NCBI GenBank assembly: GCA_964016885.1
Contig: OZ024740.1
Location: 139,872,001 to 139,936,000, forward strand
Reading direction: 5' to 3'
Length of the DNA: 64,000 nt
Source of the DNA: Eledone cirrhosa
Taxonomy: Eukaryota
Shown one piece after another: positions 14,834 through 29,010 of the stretch; position 1 is the first letter of the stretch, and each line of letters starts with the position of its first letter. The position numbers and the translations under genes are program-made. The notes under the pieces are model-generated. The model had not been told where the DNA came from. It ran no database searches and saw only the letters and a list, made by a program, of their open reading frames with translations.

Positions 14834-15674
14834 CGTGCGTGTGTGTGTGTATATATGTGTGTATATGTATATATGTGTATATATGTGTGTACATGTATAT
14901 ATGTGTATATATATATATATACATATATATACATATATTCACGCGGGATTCTCTGCTACACCTTTTCGTATTAATACCGAACAACTTACTGCTGGACACT
15001 CCGTCCTCCAAAAGCCGTGCAAAGCGGACATGTGCGGGGAACCCAGGGCATTCGTCCCTACCGCCCCCGATAAATCCGCCCTTGGGTATACCTATGTGTG
15101 GAACTTCATGAACAAGCTGTTGATAGAATAACTAGTCCGTTGATCGAATAACTAGGACGCGCGTCGTTGCAACCGACAGGGGTCCAACGTGCATAGCTAT
15201 TATGTGTAATGGAGAGGCGATCCAATTATTCTAAGACTTTCATATCAATGAAAACAGATTTCCGTACTCAATGATGATACTGTAGTATTTTGACATATAT
15301 TCATAGGAGACCTGACTTGGTGAACTACACCAATGATGCCGATTAGGATTGGGATTTGGAATAACACTTATGCGTATATGGGAGGAGTATGGGCAGTGGA
15401 GTGAAAAAAAACTCTTATCAGCAATCCATTCATGCCCGCTCCTTCATTTGTATGTTTTAGTATTCTTCTTGGTGTAATTATTTTATTTAAACAACGTTGA
15501 CACCATGTCAGCAGCTGACTTCATCGGCTGAGCCTGTTTACTCTTTTACTGGGAAACAGCTCTGATGTAGGCGATCATATCAACACCAAGACTTATTTTG
15601 TCAAGACTTGTACTTATTTAATCGATCTCATTTTAAACAAACCGTGAAGTTATTTGACATAAACACAGACACAA

Positions 15675-15757
<83 letters not shown>

Positions 15758-15786
15758 TATATATAATTATACATATATATATATAT

Positions 15787-15821
<35 letters not shown>

Positions 15822-16218
15822 AAGAGAAAGAGAAAGAGGAAAGAGAGAGAAAGAGAAAGGGAGAGGGAGAGAGATAGAAAGAGAGAGAAGTGTGAGTATA
15901 TATATATTTATGTATATATATATATGTATGTGTGTGTCGTTTTACTATTGTAATTCTGACTGTGATTATGTCGAGTAAATTAGCGGTTCGACAAGAGCGA
16001 TCGATAAAATAAATACAAGACTTGAAAAATAGATACTAAGGTCAGTACGATTGTCTAAATCAATGTGGTACCTCCAGCATGGCCACAGTCTAATGGCTGA
16101 AACCAGTAAAAGAATAAGAAAACAATAAACAAAGGAAATCACGGCGAATCCTTCAAATGTTTCATTCTCTATATGAACAAAATGGGGAATACATTAACTC
16201 GGTATATATATATATATG

Positions 16219-16354
16219 ACAAGTGTCAGGACCCCGACGCTGAGCTCCGGCCCGTCGGGGTCCTGACTCTTTTCCTATTACCCACTCTACTACTCTAAGT
16301 ATCGAGTACTCTGGTGCGTTATGGTCCACCTGGTATCTTACCACACCTTCTTTG

Positions 16355-16357
<3 letters not shown>
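16219..16357 (+). mobile_element. Short fold-back PLE pLTR-like insert (GAGCTC-hairpin family) in (TA)n
   Basis: gtcaggaccccgacg-ctgagctccggcc-cgtcggggtcctgac followed by the family arm. Confidence 0.75.
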
Positions 16358-16398
<41 letters not shown>

Positions 16399-18693
16399 AG
16401 ATAGAGAGGGGGGCACTGCTAAAACCAATCAACCTTGCAAGAGAGACCAGGGCCGGAATAAACTTGCATGTGTCCCTGGCTGGAAATTTCACAGGGGTCC
16501 ATACGTATTATTTCTATGGTAGCAAAAACTAATTTAGAGCTCTTTAATTATTGTGGTGTCCATAGTCTAAGCAGTCCGGTCATCTTCCCTAGCCTAATTC
16601 CCCACAGTAGTGGATAGTCAATACCATCTTTCCGCTCGAACTAAGATCGAAAGCCCAGGATGCTAGATGTTCCCACCACATTGTGTTGAACAAGAAACCC
16701 ATCAGAGAACAATCAGTCTTTGTGAACTTGCGATGTTCAGCCTGTCAATCCGACAGGCGACGAAGCCTGGGTCTGACACCGATTTCACCGGGTTGCCACG
16801 AGAGAATGTATCGCTGCAGATCGTAACTCAAACTGTGAATTATTTATATATATAACTTTCCCATAAACTCAGTTTCAATACAAATAATAGGGAGAAAGAA
16901 CGAACACAACAAAGAAAGCCAAACGAAAGAATTAATATTTCATTTCCTTTACTCTTCTCTTCACGTGTTTTTATTTATTTATTCATTCATTTAATATTTT
17001 ATTATATTTTTTATTTATTTTGTATATTGCTCTCAATTACTAAAAGGAAGAGGGCCAAAGCTCTAAAGACGATAGCAGTAACAGCCGAATGGGATCCATC
17101 TGAATCTTGTCGAGGAGGAATAGAAGCGATCTCCATACGACTTAAGTACCCTACACACAAGTCTTATAGCCAAATAGCTAAAAGGCGTCAACAGATGTAC
17201 ACGCAGCATTCCATTTAAGGACCTGAATCACTTGCATGAAGAATGTTTGTTCTCCGGCAATCCCTAGAGTTAATTTCTACTTATTTTATAATACAGCAAA
17301 CCCTTAGATTCATGGTCCCCGGTTTAACGGATTTCGGATAAAGTGAGCCAAACAATAATAATGGTTTCTAAATTAGGCACAAGGCCACCAGTTAGGGGTG
17401 GGTGTGATGAAAGTCGATCATATTCTCTTAACCACGGAATAATGAAAGGCAAAGTTGACCTCTGTGAGACTTGAAATTAAAATATAACGAACCAAATAAT
17501 TGTTTCTGATTTAGGCACAAGCCCAACAACTTTTGGAAAGGGGAAAGTCGATTAAATCGAACCCCAGTGCCTTATTTTATCGACCCCGTAATGATGAAAG
17601 GTAAAGCTAACCTCGGTGACATTTGAAATCAGAACGTAACGAGCCAGAAGAACCAAACAATAATAATACAATATTGTAACTATAGGCGGTGAATTGGTAG
17701 AGTGGTTGGAACGTCGGATAGAAGGCTTTATGGTATTCGTTTCGGCTTTCTGCTCTCTGAGTTCAAATCCCGCCGAGGTCAACTTTGCCTTTCATCCTTT
17801 CGAGTCGATAAAAAAGGCACCAGTCTAGTACTGAGATCGATTCTTCCTCTATATCTCTTTCTTATATTTTATCTCTCGCTCTCTATCTTTCTCTGGAAGA
17901 AATCTGGTTTCCTCAGGCCTGGAGAGGGATGGACTCCGCCAGGCTTAAAATGCCCAAGAAACGCCGTATGTCTATACGACACCCCTATGTCTTTATCAAG
18001 AGTTACGGGACAAAGGAAAAGAAAAATTGTATTACCTATGGTCAAGGCAAAGTACTTTTCACATTGTCAAAAGAAAATTAAAAATGACATATTCTTTATT
18101 GTGCACTCATATAAATTATGACTATCTTTTTTTACATTAAAAACAAAAAAATATGTCACCAAAGTTTCCTTCCATTTGAAAGTCTTTCGAAAGTAATGAA
18201 CGCATCTTCTCCTCTATTAGTCCATTAAATTGAGTGGTTAATACATGTATATTCACACGATATTCTCCACCACTATCACTCGTTATCTTTTCCAATCATG
18301 CTAATCCCTCACTTTGTCACTCTTTCTAAGCGTTCCATTTCCATTCACAAAAATATATACACTAGTTGATCCCTCGACACATAATAGAGCGAAATTCTAT
18401 CTGGCGAATTAACCTATATATAATAGTGGAGATTTCCTAAGTGATAAAAAGAAAGAATGTATGCTCCCATATAGTTGAAATTCACAAGGTCAAACAAATC
18501 AACCCTTCCCAGCTAAATGCCCCAACAATAGCTTCATTTACTGAGTCGTAACTTTTTTGGCGTTGCGGTGGACGTCTGATAGAATGAATTCACCGTGGCA
18601 ATTGTTTCCTTTAAACTATCTACCTGTACATCTACCTACCTGTCCATCTATACATCCATATCTACCTACCCACCTACCTATAAACCTATATAT

Positions 18694-18939
18694 CAGTGGT
18701 TTCCTACCTCACTACCAAGAACTCCTTTCATTTAAATGAGTTTTCTCACGCCTCCCCTCCTCCACAATAATCATTCCCCTCGCATATAGTTTATACGTCG
18801 GGAATAAGAACCGAAGGAGAGAAATGTTTACGATTAGAGAAAGGATTCCCAATAGTGTATGTATATTATGGTTTTAATAAAACACTTGACATTTTCAGCC
18901 TCAGTGCTGCTTTTACGTATCCCAGCCTGAAAACCACTG
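18694..18939. mobile_element. hAT-type MITE; related copy at ~31651-31870
   Basis: TIRs CAGTGGTTT / AAACCACTG; internal ggaga..aatgttta..gagaa segment is shared with the 31.7 kb copy. Confidence 0.55.
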
Positions 18940-19559
18940 TTAACCACATCTACATGATAAATAAATGAACCTCTACCAGATCAGGACGATGACGGTTCCA
19001 ATTGTTCGATCAATAGAACGGCTAACTCATGAAATTTGCATATAAATGTAATCTTATCATAATTCTCATGGAGATTCAGCGTGACACACTGGGCAACAAG
19101 GCCGATTCTTTAAATTGCAAGAAGAGTCCATACATACATCCATGTATAAATGCACACGCATAAATACATACACACGCCCATCTATACATACATACATCCA
19201 TCCATACATACATACATGTATGCATGCATGCAGACATGTATACATGCAGACATTTATACATACATAAATACATATATATACATGCATCCATACATAAATA
19301 CATGCATGCATACATACATACATGCATACATACATACATATAAACATGCATGCATACATAAATACATACATGCATACATACATACATATATATATGCATG
19401 CATGCATACATACATAAATACATACAGGCATGCATGCATACATGCATGCATACATACATGCATGCATGCATACATGCATGCATACATACATACATACATA
19501 CATACATACATACATACATACATACATACATACATACATACATACATACATACATACAA

Positions 19560-19945
19560 ACGTGTTCTGTTGTGGAGATCAGCTGCCCACATGATGTAAA
19601 CGTTGTCAGAAAAATACAGGAGAAGGAGGACATCTACGGACCATTGATGAGGAGTTTACAAATCCAGTATCCAAGACACACCTTTAGCTTCATACCTATC
19701 ATTATTGGAGCTACGGGTTATATACCAACCCGCTTGGACTAAAATATGACTGAACTTGGATTTACGGACAAAAAGCGCAGCTCCCTAATTCATAGTCTAC
19801 AAATGGCTGCGATAGCTGGCACCTTCAAAATTTGCAAAACATTCTTGCGATTCAAGGGATGACAATTTCTTTTCTTTTACAACCTTGCCACCAGGAAGGT
19901 GGCCGGTCAAAAAAAATATACTCGAAATTAAGAGAAAGAGATAAC
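19560..19945 (+). mobile_element. 3' fragment of an R4/Dong-like non-LTR element (restriction-like endonuclease) inside (TACA)n
   Basis: TCSVVEISCPHDVNVVRKIQEKEDIYGPLMRSL...FIPIIIGATGYIP...*...LQMAAIAGTFKICKTFLRFKG* with one internal stop (19740) and the true stop at 19860-62. CATA repeats flank both sides. Confidence 0.8.
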
Positions 19946-20237
19946 ATACATACATACAACTGCATATACACATGTACAGATACAAAGCATATACACATGC
20001 ACACATACAACTCAAAACATCCACATCCACACATACAATAACATCCATATCTACACATGCATACATACATATCTACCTAGTTGATGTTGTGTAAATTCCA
20101 ATGAGAGAGTCTTGTGTCTATGTTAGAAACCGACTCTCTCTCTCTATTGGTAAAACTTTGTGAAATTATAAAACCAGAAGAACATACATACATACATACA
20201 TACATACATACATACATACATACATACATACATACAT

Positions 20238-20849
20238 GGTGGCTGCCAACTCGTTTTCGAGTACGGCCACTACTTTATATCCATGTAGGAGAACCCCTAC
20301 TGATGCGCTGAACGAGTGTGACTTTTTAGTCCAGCCAGCGACTTGAAAACTCTGGTACAAACACTACACTTGTGACAATTACTGACACATAGTGCTGGGC
20401 CCATGGTACCATGTGACGACAGACAAGTGCAGAGAGATCTCCAGATATAAAGCAATGCCTGTGCCGTGAAGCTTCTATAGCGAGCAAAGGCACTGCACAA
20501 AGCCAGTCCCACTCTCTTAACCAAGATGGTATTTACCAAAAAGAAGAACATGTCAACATCATTGGATACCATCAGGGTTGCAGGTGTTATATCAGAGTTT
20601 TCCTTCTCCTAGAATTCTGCCTTGACAAAGGCTAAGGGGTCATCTCTACCGGTGATTTTGGATGGTCATTGACTCTTAAGAGCTCCTTTGCCCTTTGACA
20701 GGTTTTGTTTTTAGTCCTGCAGGATGTACAAAGTCACCCTCCTCACCAAGAAACCTTGGTGGGGTTGCCAGTTTAGTCGTCAACGACCCGACCATGAGAC
20801 AGGTTGTACTGGGATACATGTTACCAGTAGCACCAACTGGTGACCTGAC
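20238..20849 (-). mobile_element. ~610 bp non-autonomous retroelement, copy 1
   Basis: Homologous over its full length to 53132-53719 and 53738-54345. It ends with a C2H2 remnant HKCSVCTRVFKSLAGLKSHTRSAH* and a (TATG)n tail. Confidence 0.8.
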
Positions 20850-21069
20850 ATACATACATACATACATACATACATACATACATACATACATACATACATA
20901 CATACATACATGCATATAACCTTCCAAAGGCTTTTGGGGGCTTTGTATTATTCGTACACAGTTATCTGAACAACAAACAACAATCCCAACAACAGCCCAC
21001 AACACAACCAAGACAATCATCATCAACAACACCGATATCACCACTACCACCATTAATACCAACACCACC

Positions 21070-21378
21070 ACCATCACCACCATCACTAACACCATAACTG
21101 CCGACACCATCACCACCATCACCACCATCACTAACACCATAACTGCCGACACCATCACCACCATCACTAACACCATAACTGCCGACACCATCACCACCAT
21201 CACTAACACCATAACTGCCGACACCATCACCACCATCACTAACACCATAACTGCCGACACCATCACCACCATCACTAACACCATAACTGCCGACACCATC
21301 ACCACCATCACTAACACCATAACTGCCGACACCATCACCACCATCACTAACACCATAACTGCCGACACCATCACCATC
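21070..21378. repeat. 36-bp minisatellite, ~8 copies
   Basis: Unit ACCACCATCACTAACACCATAACTGCCGACACCATC. Confidence 0.95.
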
Positions 21379-22003
21379 ACTATTTATACTACCATTACTA
21401 CCGATACCATCACACACCAATCAGTACTGCCATTACCTCCGACACCAACACAACTACCACATCCGCCCCCAACACCACCACCACAAAGACAGCCATCACC
21501 ACCACCACCCAACATCATGCTCCAGTCTACAGTGCCATCACCTCCGATAACAACACTATTACTTCTGTCACCACCACCACCACCACCACCACCACCACCA
21601 CCATCATCATACTTCCATAGGTACTGCCATCACCTCCGACACCACCACCACCACCACCACCACCATCATACTTCCATAGGTACTGCCATCACCTCCGACA
21701 CCACCACCACCACCATCATCATACTTCCATAGGTACTGCCATCACCTCCGACACCACCACCACCACCACCACCACCACCACCACCTCCTCCTTTTACAAC
21801 TACCTACTGTGTTTTTCTGTTTTCCACATTTGGGGCCCGATCATCTCTTCCCTTCCACTTTTTCTCGATCTCACCCCCCCCCCCCCTCCCTCTCTATTCT
21901 TCACTATCCCCTCTCATTTTCTCCTGTATCCGCCTACAGCTTCATCTTATACCACCTTTCTTTGTCCCGTGACGAAGACATTTATGCAGACTTCGTACAC
22001 AGA

Positions 22004-22090
<87 letters not shown>

Positions 22091-22122
22091 AAGCATACAC
22101 ACTCTCATATAAAACCACACAC

Positions 22123-22194
<72 letters not shown>

Positions 22195-22277
22195 AAAATG
22201 AGTGCTCAATATCGAATAGAGTTTAAATATTCTTTATTATGGCTACTCATATGATGGTTACTCATATGATGATCCTG

Positions 22278-22364
<87 letters not shown>

Positions 22365-22764
22365 CAACATCAGCAATAGCAACATCAATAACAAACACTA
22401 CTATTAACACTATGACCATTCAAGACCGACGCCGCCACTACTAACACCTCCACTACATGTTACTATCCCGCCCTCGTGCTGACTCCAGTCAATTTTAGAA
22501 GTAACTCGACCTGTGTGACTTACCATAATGATGTATTTGCTGCTTTGACAAAACAAAATTGCACACTTTGGGACGCTGTATTCAATATATACACAGGGCT
22601 GGCGCTGTCGAAAGGCCTACTAGGCAGCCGCCAAGGACGCACTAAGAAACCTGAAAGGATCAGAAATTTTATACAAATTAATATAATTAAACAAAATATG
22701 TAATAATTTCCCACAATCAATATATACATTACTGAACATATTTTCCTAGAGTGTTGTACATATC

Positions 22765-22910
<146 letters not shown>

Positions 22911-23022
22911 CATACATACATATATATATATATATATGTATATATATACATATATATATACATACATATATATATACATATATATGTATATATATATATG
23001 TATATATATATGTATATATATA

Positions 23023-23122
23023 TATTGGGTTGTAACATAAATTTCCGCCGTTTTTATTAAGAGGTTTTATTAAGAAGTTTTATAACAACGGCGGGAATTT
23101 GTGTATTTATGTTACAACTTAA
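23023..23122. mobile_element. Mariner-type MITE in (TA)n
   Basis: attgggttgtaacataaatttccgccgtt versus aacggcgggaattt[8-nt insert]atgttacaacttaa. Confidence 0.6.
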
Positions 23123-23696
23123 CACACACATATATATATATATATATATACACATACATACATGTATATATGTGTGTGTGTGTGTGTGTTTGTATATACC
23201 TGTATATATATATATATATATATATGTATGAGTGTTTATGTGTGCGTGTGTGTTTGTGTATTCGAGTGAATAAAATGTTTGATTTTGAATGACAGTCCTT
23301 TCATCCTTACGAAGTTGATAAAATAATGTACCAGTGACGCACTAGGGTCGATTTAATCGACTTACCCCTCCCAAAATTGTTGGCCTTGTGCCTAAATCAA
23401 AAATCATTATGAGTGACAGTCAAAAATAAAAACCCGCACGGACAGACATGTCTGTTTCTAAACAGAAGAATCGAACCTCCACACACGAGTCGAGTGATGT
23501 ATATTTTCATTGTAGCTGTGGAGCTATACCAAGGTCACTAGGGTCTGGGGATTTGGGACTAAAGGCACTTATAAAACTTTTCAAACTTGATAAGAGCTCT
23601 AAGGCACGAAACTCCTGGGGTTTGAGTCACTTTCATTACTTCACAGCTATAATATATTCATTGACGAGGTTATAGAGAATATTCGCCATCAAGCGG

Positions 23697-23857
<161 letters not shown>

Positions 23858-23942
23858 TAAGTTATTCCGGGTTGAATCGGAGGTAACCACAGTAAGTAAG
23901 GTACTCAATACAAAGCAGAGTATAAAAGTTTTAATATAGATG

Positions 23943-23993
23943 AGATTCTACAGGACTAGAACTGTTTCATTCTTTAGAAATCATCAGGAATCT
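23943..23993 (-). ncRNA. Type I hammerhead ribozyme (intact core)
   Basis: Minus: AGATTC-CTGATGA-T-TTC-TAAA-GAA-T-GAA-ACAG-TTCTAGTC-CTGT-A-GAATCT. Stem I 6 bp, stem III ACAG/CTGT, triplet GUA. It lies in a ~37-bp-arm inverted repeat (23933-23969 / 23993-24029). Confidence 0.8.
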
Positions 23994-24171
23994 GAAACAG
24001 TTCTAGTCCTGTAGAATCTCATCTATATTTTATATATATATATATTGCAGAGTCGGGCCGTATCGATACAGATCAAACCTTGTGCTGAGACGCGCGTCAC
24101 GACTCAATAAAAGTAATGAAAACCTAACAAATCGTCCTTTTTTTATCCTACATATGTCGCATATCAAATCT

Positions 24172-24238
24172 TATATTTTATCTCATGAAAACGTACTTAA
24201 ACATCATTATACCTTTGAAATATGTATAATAAAATATA
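24172..24238 (+). ncRNA. Degenerate hammerhead, homolog of 8366-8424
   Basis: TATATTTTAT-CTCATGA-AAACGTAC...TACCTTT-GAA-ATATGTAT-A-ATAAAATATA. Perfect 10-bp stem I and identical stem III, but the core has G5C and stem II is decayed. Confidence 0.55.
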
Positions 24239-24279
24239 TATTTTGATTATGAGAATATTTTTCATTTATTAATATTTTG

Positions 24280-24311
<32 letters not shown>

Positions 24312-24363
24312 GGAAACAGGGAGAAAGAGACGATTATTAGGATGAAAAAATTTTGTTTTTCCT

Positions 24364-24424
<61 letters not shown>

Positions 24425-24851
24425 ATATGTATTGACATGTTTGATTCAGCGTGTGGCATGCGTACAAGAATCATCAATGAAAACACATATATCGACAGCT
24501 ACAACAAAATAAAATACAATCAAATAAAATACAATAGATAAATAAGCAGATAGAAATATTAGGTACAATAAAAAAATGTATACCAAAAATGTATACAGAC
24601 ATTCATTAGAATGATATTGATGTGTGTATACTCCCTGTATATTAAAACACGAATAACAATAAAGTAGTGAAGTAAAAATATATTTAGAAAATCTTAACTG
24701 ATTTTGTTTCTTACAAGAAATGAGATCTTAAACAAAGTTTTCATATCAATTAAATAGAGAGCATGGCTTACAAAAATATATATGCATGTGCATATAAATA
24801 TATATAAATGCATATAACTATATATATGTGTCTGTGCGCTTGTGTATAATA

Positions 24852-24916
<65 letters not shown>

Positions 24917-24961
24917 ATATATATATATATGTATATATATGTATGTATATATATATATGTG

Positions 24962-24992
<31 letters not shown>

Positions 24993-25019
24993 GTATGTAT
25001 GTATATATATATGTATGTA

Positions 25020-25052
<33 letters not shown>

Positions 25053-25146
25053 CTATATATCAAATTTAATATAGATGTTTACACTCTACTGAGTACCTTA
25101 CTGTGTTTACCCCCCGATTAAACCCGGGACACACATGGGAGGGGGG

Positions 25147-25175
25147 CGTTTTGGGCATAAGCCCTTCATCAGGAG
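25147..25175 (-). ncRNA. Truncated or mutated hammerhead (5' two-thirds)
   Basis: Minus: CTC-CTGATGA-A-GGGC-TTAT-GCCC-AAAACG. G12A change, and stem III is lost at a junction with an oppositely oriented pLTR piece (~25060-25135). Confidence 0.45.
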
Positions 25176-25242
25176 AAAAGTGGGCAGGAAAAGGGTTCCG
25201 ATGGTGTGAGGGGCAGTGGTGGAAAGACATTAAATGGAGAGG

Positions 25243-25287
<45 letters not shown>

Positions 25288-25290
<3 letters not shown>

Positions 25291-25398
25291 ACGAAGGAAA
25301 TGTGGTAAGGAACCAGGTGGACCATAACGCACCAAAGTACTCAATACTTAGGGTAGTAGAGTGGGTAATAGGAACAAGTAGGGTCCTACTTGTTCCTA
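25288..25398 (-). mobile_element. Short fold-back PLE pLTR-like insert (GAGCTC-hairpin family) in (TA)n
   Basis: Arm identical by eye to 26045-26138; terminal hairpin ataggaacaagtagg-gt-cctacttgttcctat. Confidence 0.75.
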
Positions 25399-25667
25399 TA
25401 TATATATATATATATATATACAATGATATTAAATAAATGGAAACTATATTTATAAAACCATATTTATTTTATTATATATATTCAAGGGCAACCAAGACAA
25501 CATTGGTACGCTTTCATCAGATAAAATACAAAGTTTGTTTTATAAATAGAGACATACCCATGAAAATCATACCTTATCGTTTGGAAATTCACTGGATAGA
25601 GTGCTCTAAATCAGTTATAAACATTTATATTTGTCGGACTTCCAACAAATTAAATATTACTTCTACT

Positions 25668-25848
<181 letters not shown>

Positions 25849-26044
25849 TGGAAAATGTGTGAAATCCTTAGTACAGTTAGGTATATTTTAAAAAAGGAAA
25901 AGAATGACTTAACTTGTAGTTCTAAACAACTTGATTTAATTTTATAATTTGATTTGGTAGATCTAGTCTACCAAATCAAATTGTTGAGAACTATAAGTTA
26001 AGTCATTCTTTTCCTTTTTTTTAAATATATATATATATATATAT

Positions 26045-26224
26045 ATAACGAAGGAAATGTGGTAAGGAACCAGGTGGACCATAACGCACCAAAGTACTCA
26101 ATACTTAGGGTAGTAGAGTGGGTAATAGGAACAAGTAAGACCCCGACGGCTGAGCTCAAGCCGTCGTACAGAATTAGCCGTCGAAACGGCTTGAGCTCAG
26201 CCGTCGGGGTCTTACTTGTTCCTA
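26045..26224 (-). mobile_element. Short fold-back PLE pLTR-like insert (GAGCTC-hairpin family) in (TA)n
   Basis: Family arm plus ~40-bp perfect inverted arms (~26125-26164 / 26186-26225). Confidence 0.75.
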
Positions 26225-26233
26225 TATATATAT

Positions 26234-26284
<51 letters not shown>

Positions 26285-26592
26285 CACGCATGAATAAACA
26301 CAGGTATACTCATATAGAAAAGAGACCTACAAAAAAAGCACACACTCTCATATACTTATATAGAAAATGTGCCGTTTACATTCATAAAGGAACAAAGGAA
26401 GATACACATACGCATACACAAACAGTAGCTTGCATATATACACTGACACACACACAGACACACCCACGAGTGCTCACAAGGACACACTGACACATACATA
26501 AGTTCCCGCGAACTCCCTTATTTCATCCCTCCCTCGTCTGGATCTCTCTCATTCTCTGCTTCTATCCGTCTATCTTCATCTCTCTTTCTCTC

Positions 26593-26658
<66 letters not shown>

Positions 26659-28042
26659 ACTTTTCCTCGTCCCCTTCCTTTCTCTGCGGCCCTTATTCTC
26701 TTTCTCATTTTACTATCAACATCAACAATAGCACTCATAATTATATTCATATACTAAAATACACACACACTCACACAAGGAAACACACTCACACACACGT
26801 GTATACAGGTGCACATACACGCCTACACACACACACGCGCGAGTAAACACAAGTAAATACACGCGCACACACTCACACGCATACAAACACTCACACAAGG
26901 AAACACACTCACACACCCGTGTATACAGGTGCACACACACGCCTACACACACACGTAAACACAAGTAAATACATGCGCACACACACACAAACACACACAT
27001 AAACACAAGTAAATACACGCGCACACACACACACACGTAAACACAAGTAAATACACGCGCACACACACACACACACACACACGTAAATACACGCGCACGC
27101 ACACACACGTAAACACAAGTAAATAGACGCGCACACATACATGCGTACAGGTACATACACACACGTAACACAGTCAGTCACACCCCCTTTTAAGTCACAC
27201 CCCCCTCTATCTCTATCTCTCCCTTTCTATCACTAACTTTCCCGCTACGTCTACTTCCAGTCATATACATCATTGGGTGGTGGTGGTGGTGGTGGTGGTA
27301 GGCGGTCGTTATTGTTATTGTGTGTGTGTGTGTGTGTGTGTGTGGAAGTGTGTGACTGTGTGTTTTAATAGCCTTCCGTATTTTTGCTTCAGTTTGACTT
27401 GAGTCGGGTTTGAAAACACACCATTATATATTTTTCTTTATCTCACCACGGTGAAAACATTTACATTGGAAAACAAAAATAACAACAATAACAACAACAA
27501 AAACGTGAGGAAAAAGAATAACTCACGTGTGATATCACTGTTCAGAAATAATAATATCGGATATCTATCTACCCACGAAATCGCATACATATCTGTCTAT
27601 CTGTCTATCCATACATATATATAAATAATCTGTAAATATATATATACACTCACATATGCCTACCTACACACACACATGCACGTAATTTGTGGTCAAAATA
27701 CAGATATATTAATATAATACCTACATACACATAAACACACATATATATATATATATACACAGATATAAATAGATATTCTATAGTGGTAAAAAAACAACTT
27801 ATAGATATATTTAGCACCTATAACATATATACATAATATAGAAGTGTTCTTGTGTGTGAAAGGGTGACTATATGTGTGTGTATACACTACAAAATATATA
27901 CGTATTTTTCCTTCAGTAGAAGTGGTCATGGTAGTGGTGGAGTTTTTCCCACACAATTGTGAGAGAACGTTGTTTCTCATAAAAGTCGGAAAGTTTAGTG
28001 ATGTTTAAGTGAGTGAGATAAACGATAACCTTAGAGTAACGG

Positions 28043-28150
<108 letters not shown>

Positions 28151-28363
28151 ATATATAGAGAGAGGGGTAAGATAAGACACGAAGGAAAGAGACAGTAAAA
28201 GTTAACGCTAGTTTATATAAATAAAACATACACATGAACATATAGAGAATCAAAACAACAAAACTAATATATATATATTCCAACAAGAAGAAAATATTTG
28301 AACTAACAATAACAACAATAATAGCAATAACTACATAAATAAAACAACCCTATATCAAACAAA

Positions 28364-28447
28364 ATGAGGAATTTCTTCAAGTCGGAGTTTGCAGCCAAAA
28401 ATGTATGGTTTGGTTACCCTAAACCGGAAGTGTTTTATCTACCACAG
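28364..28447 (+). CDS. Probable first coding exon of a rolling stone-like membrane protein gene
   Basis: AAA-ATG then MRNFFKSEFAAKNVWFGYPKPEVFYLPQ, ending at a good phase-0 donor CAG|GTAGGT. The F..EF....F..P.P..F..Q(W) pattern resembles rolling stone family N-termini (from memory, not searched). Confidence 0.45.
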
Positions 28448-28731
28448 GTAGGTTACTGGGATTTACCTATTTTGATGTTTATTATTTGTTTATATATTTC
28501 CGGTCAGTTTGGTGGGAAGGGGTTGTGAAGGCCATAAACACTGACCCTTTCTCCAGATCTACCATATAAAAAATATATATTATTTTCATTGTGCGTGTAT
28601 GTGTGGGTTTGTTTGTGTGTGTTTCTGTGTGTGTTACTGTGTGTGTTTGTGTTGGAGGGAAGTTATGGGTGGGACTTCCATTGGTTACGATGATGAGTAT
28701 TCCAGTTTTTGATCCACGGGACCGTCTACCA

Positions 28732-29010
28732 CAGAGGTCCCCAACCACCGGGCCGCAAAGAAATAATTAACTTGTTTAACATCATATAATAGATAAATTG
28801 AATATTGGACTTCAATTTTAAAAGATTTGTTTAAATATTCAATATTTATAAACTCAATACACTTTTTCTTCCCTTTAATAAATTGCTCTTTTTATTATTG
28901 CTCTCTTTATCGAAATGCACTTAAATAACACATATGTACAACTACCGGTCCGCGGAAAGATTGTCCGGTATGAATCCGGTCCGTGGCATAAAAAAGGTTG
29001 GAGACCACTG
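28732..29010. mobile_element. hAT (Charlie-like) MITE
   Basis: TIRs CAGAGGTCCCCAACC / GGTTGGAGACCACTG; GTCTACCA is present on both sides (1-nt offset on the right). Confidence 0.85.

Noticed and set aside
17990-18560. Faint PIF1/Helitron-like words on the minus strand (LAGKG, ISMIGK, FGDI)
   Set aside because: Too decayed, with no continuous frame; needs tBLASTn.
21070-21378. 36-bp repeats (and the 21-bp repeats at 33.6 kb) as a CRISPR array
   Set aside because: Contiguous tandem units without unique spacers, in a eukaryotic context with no cas genes.
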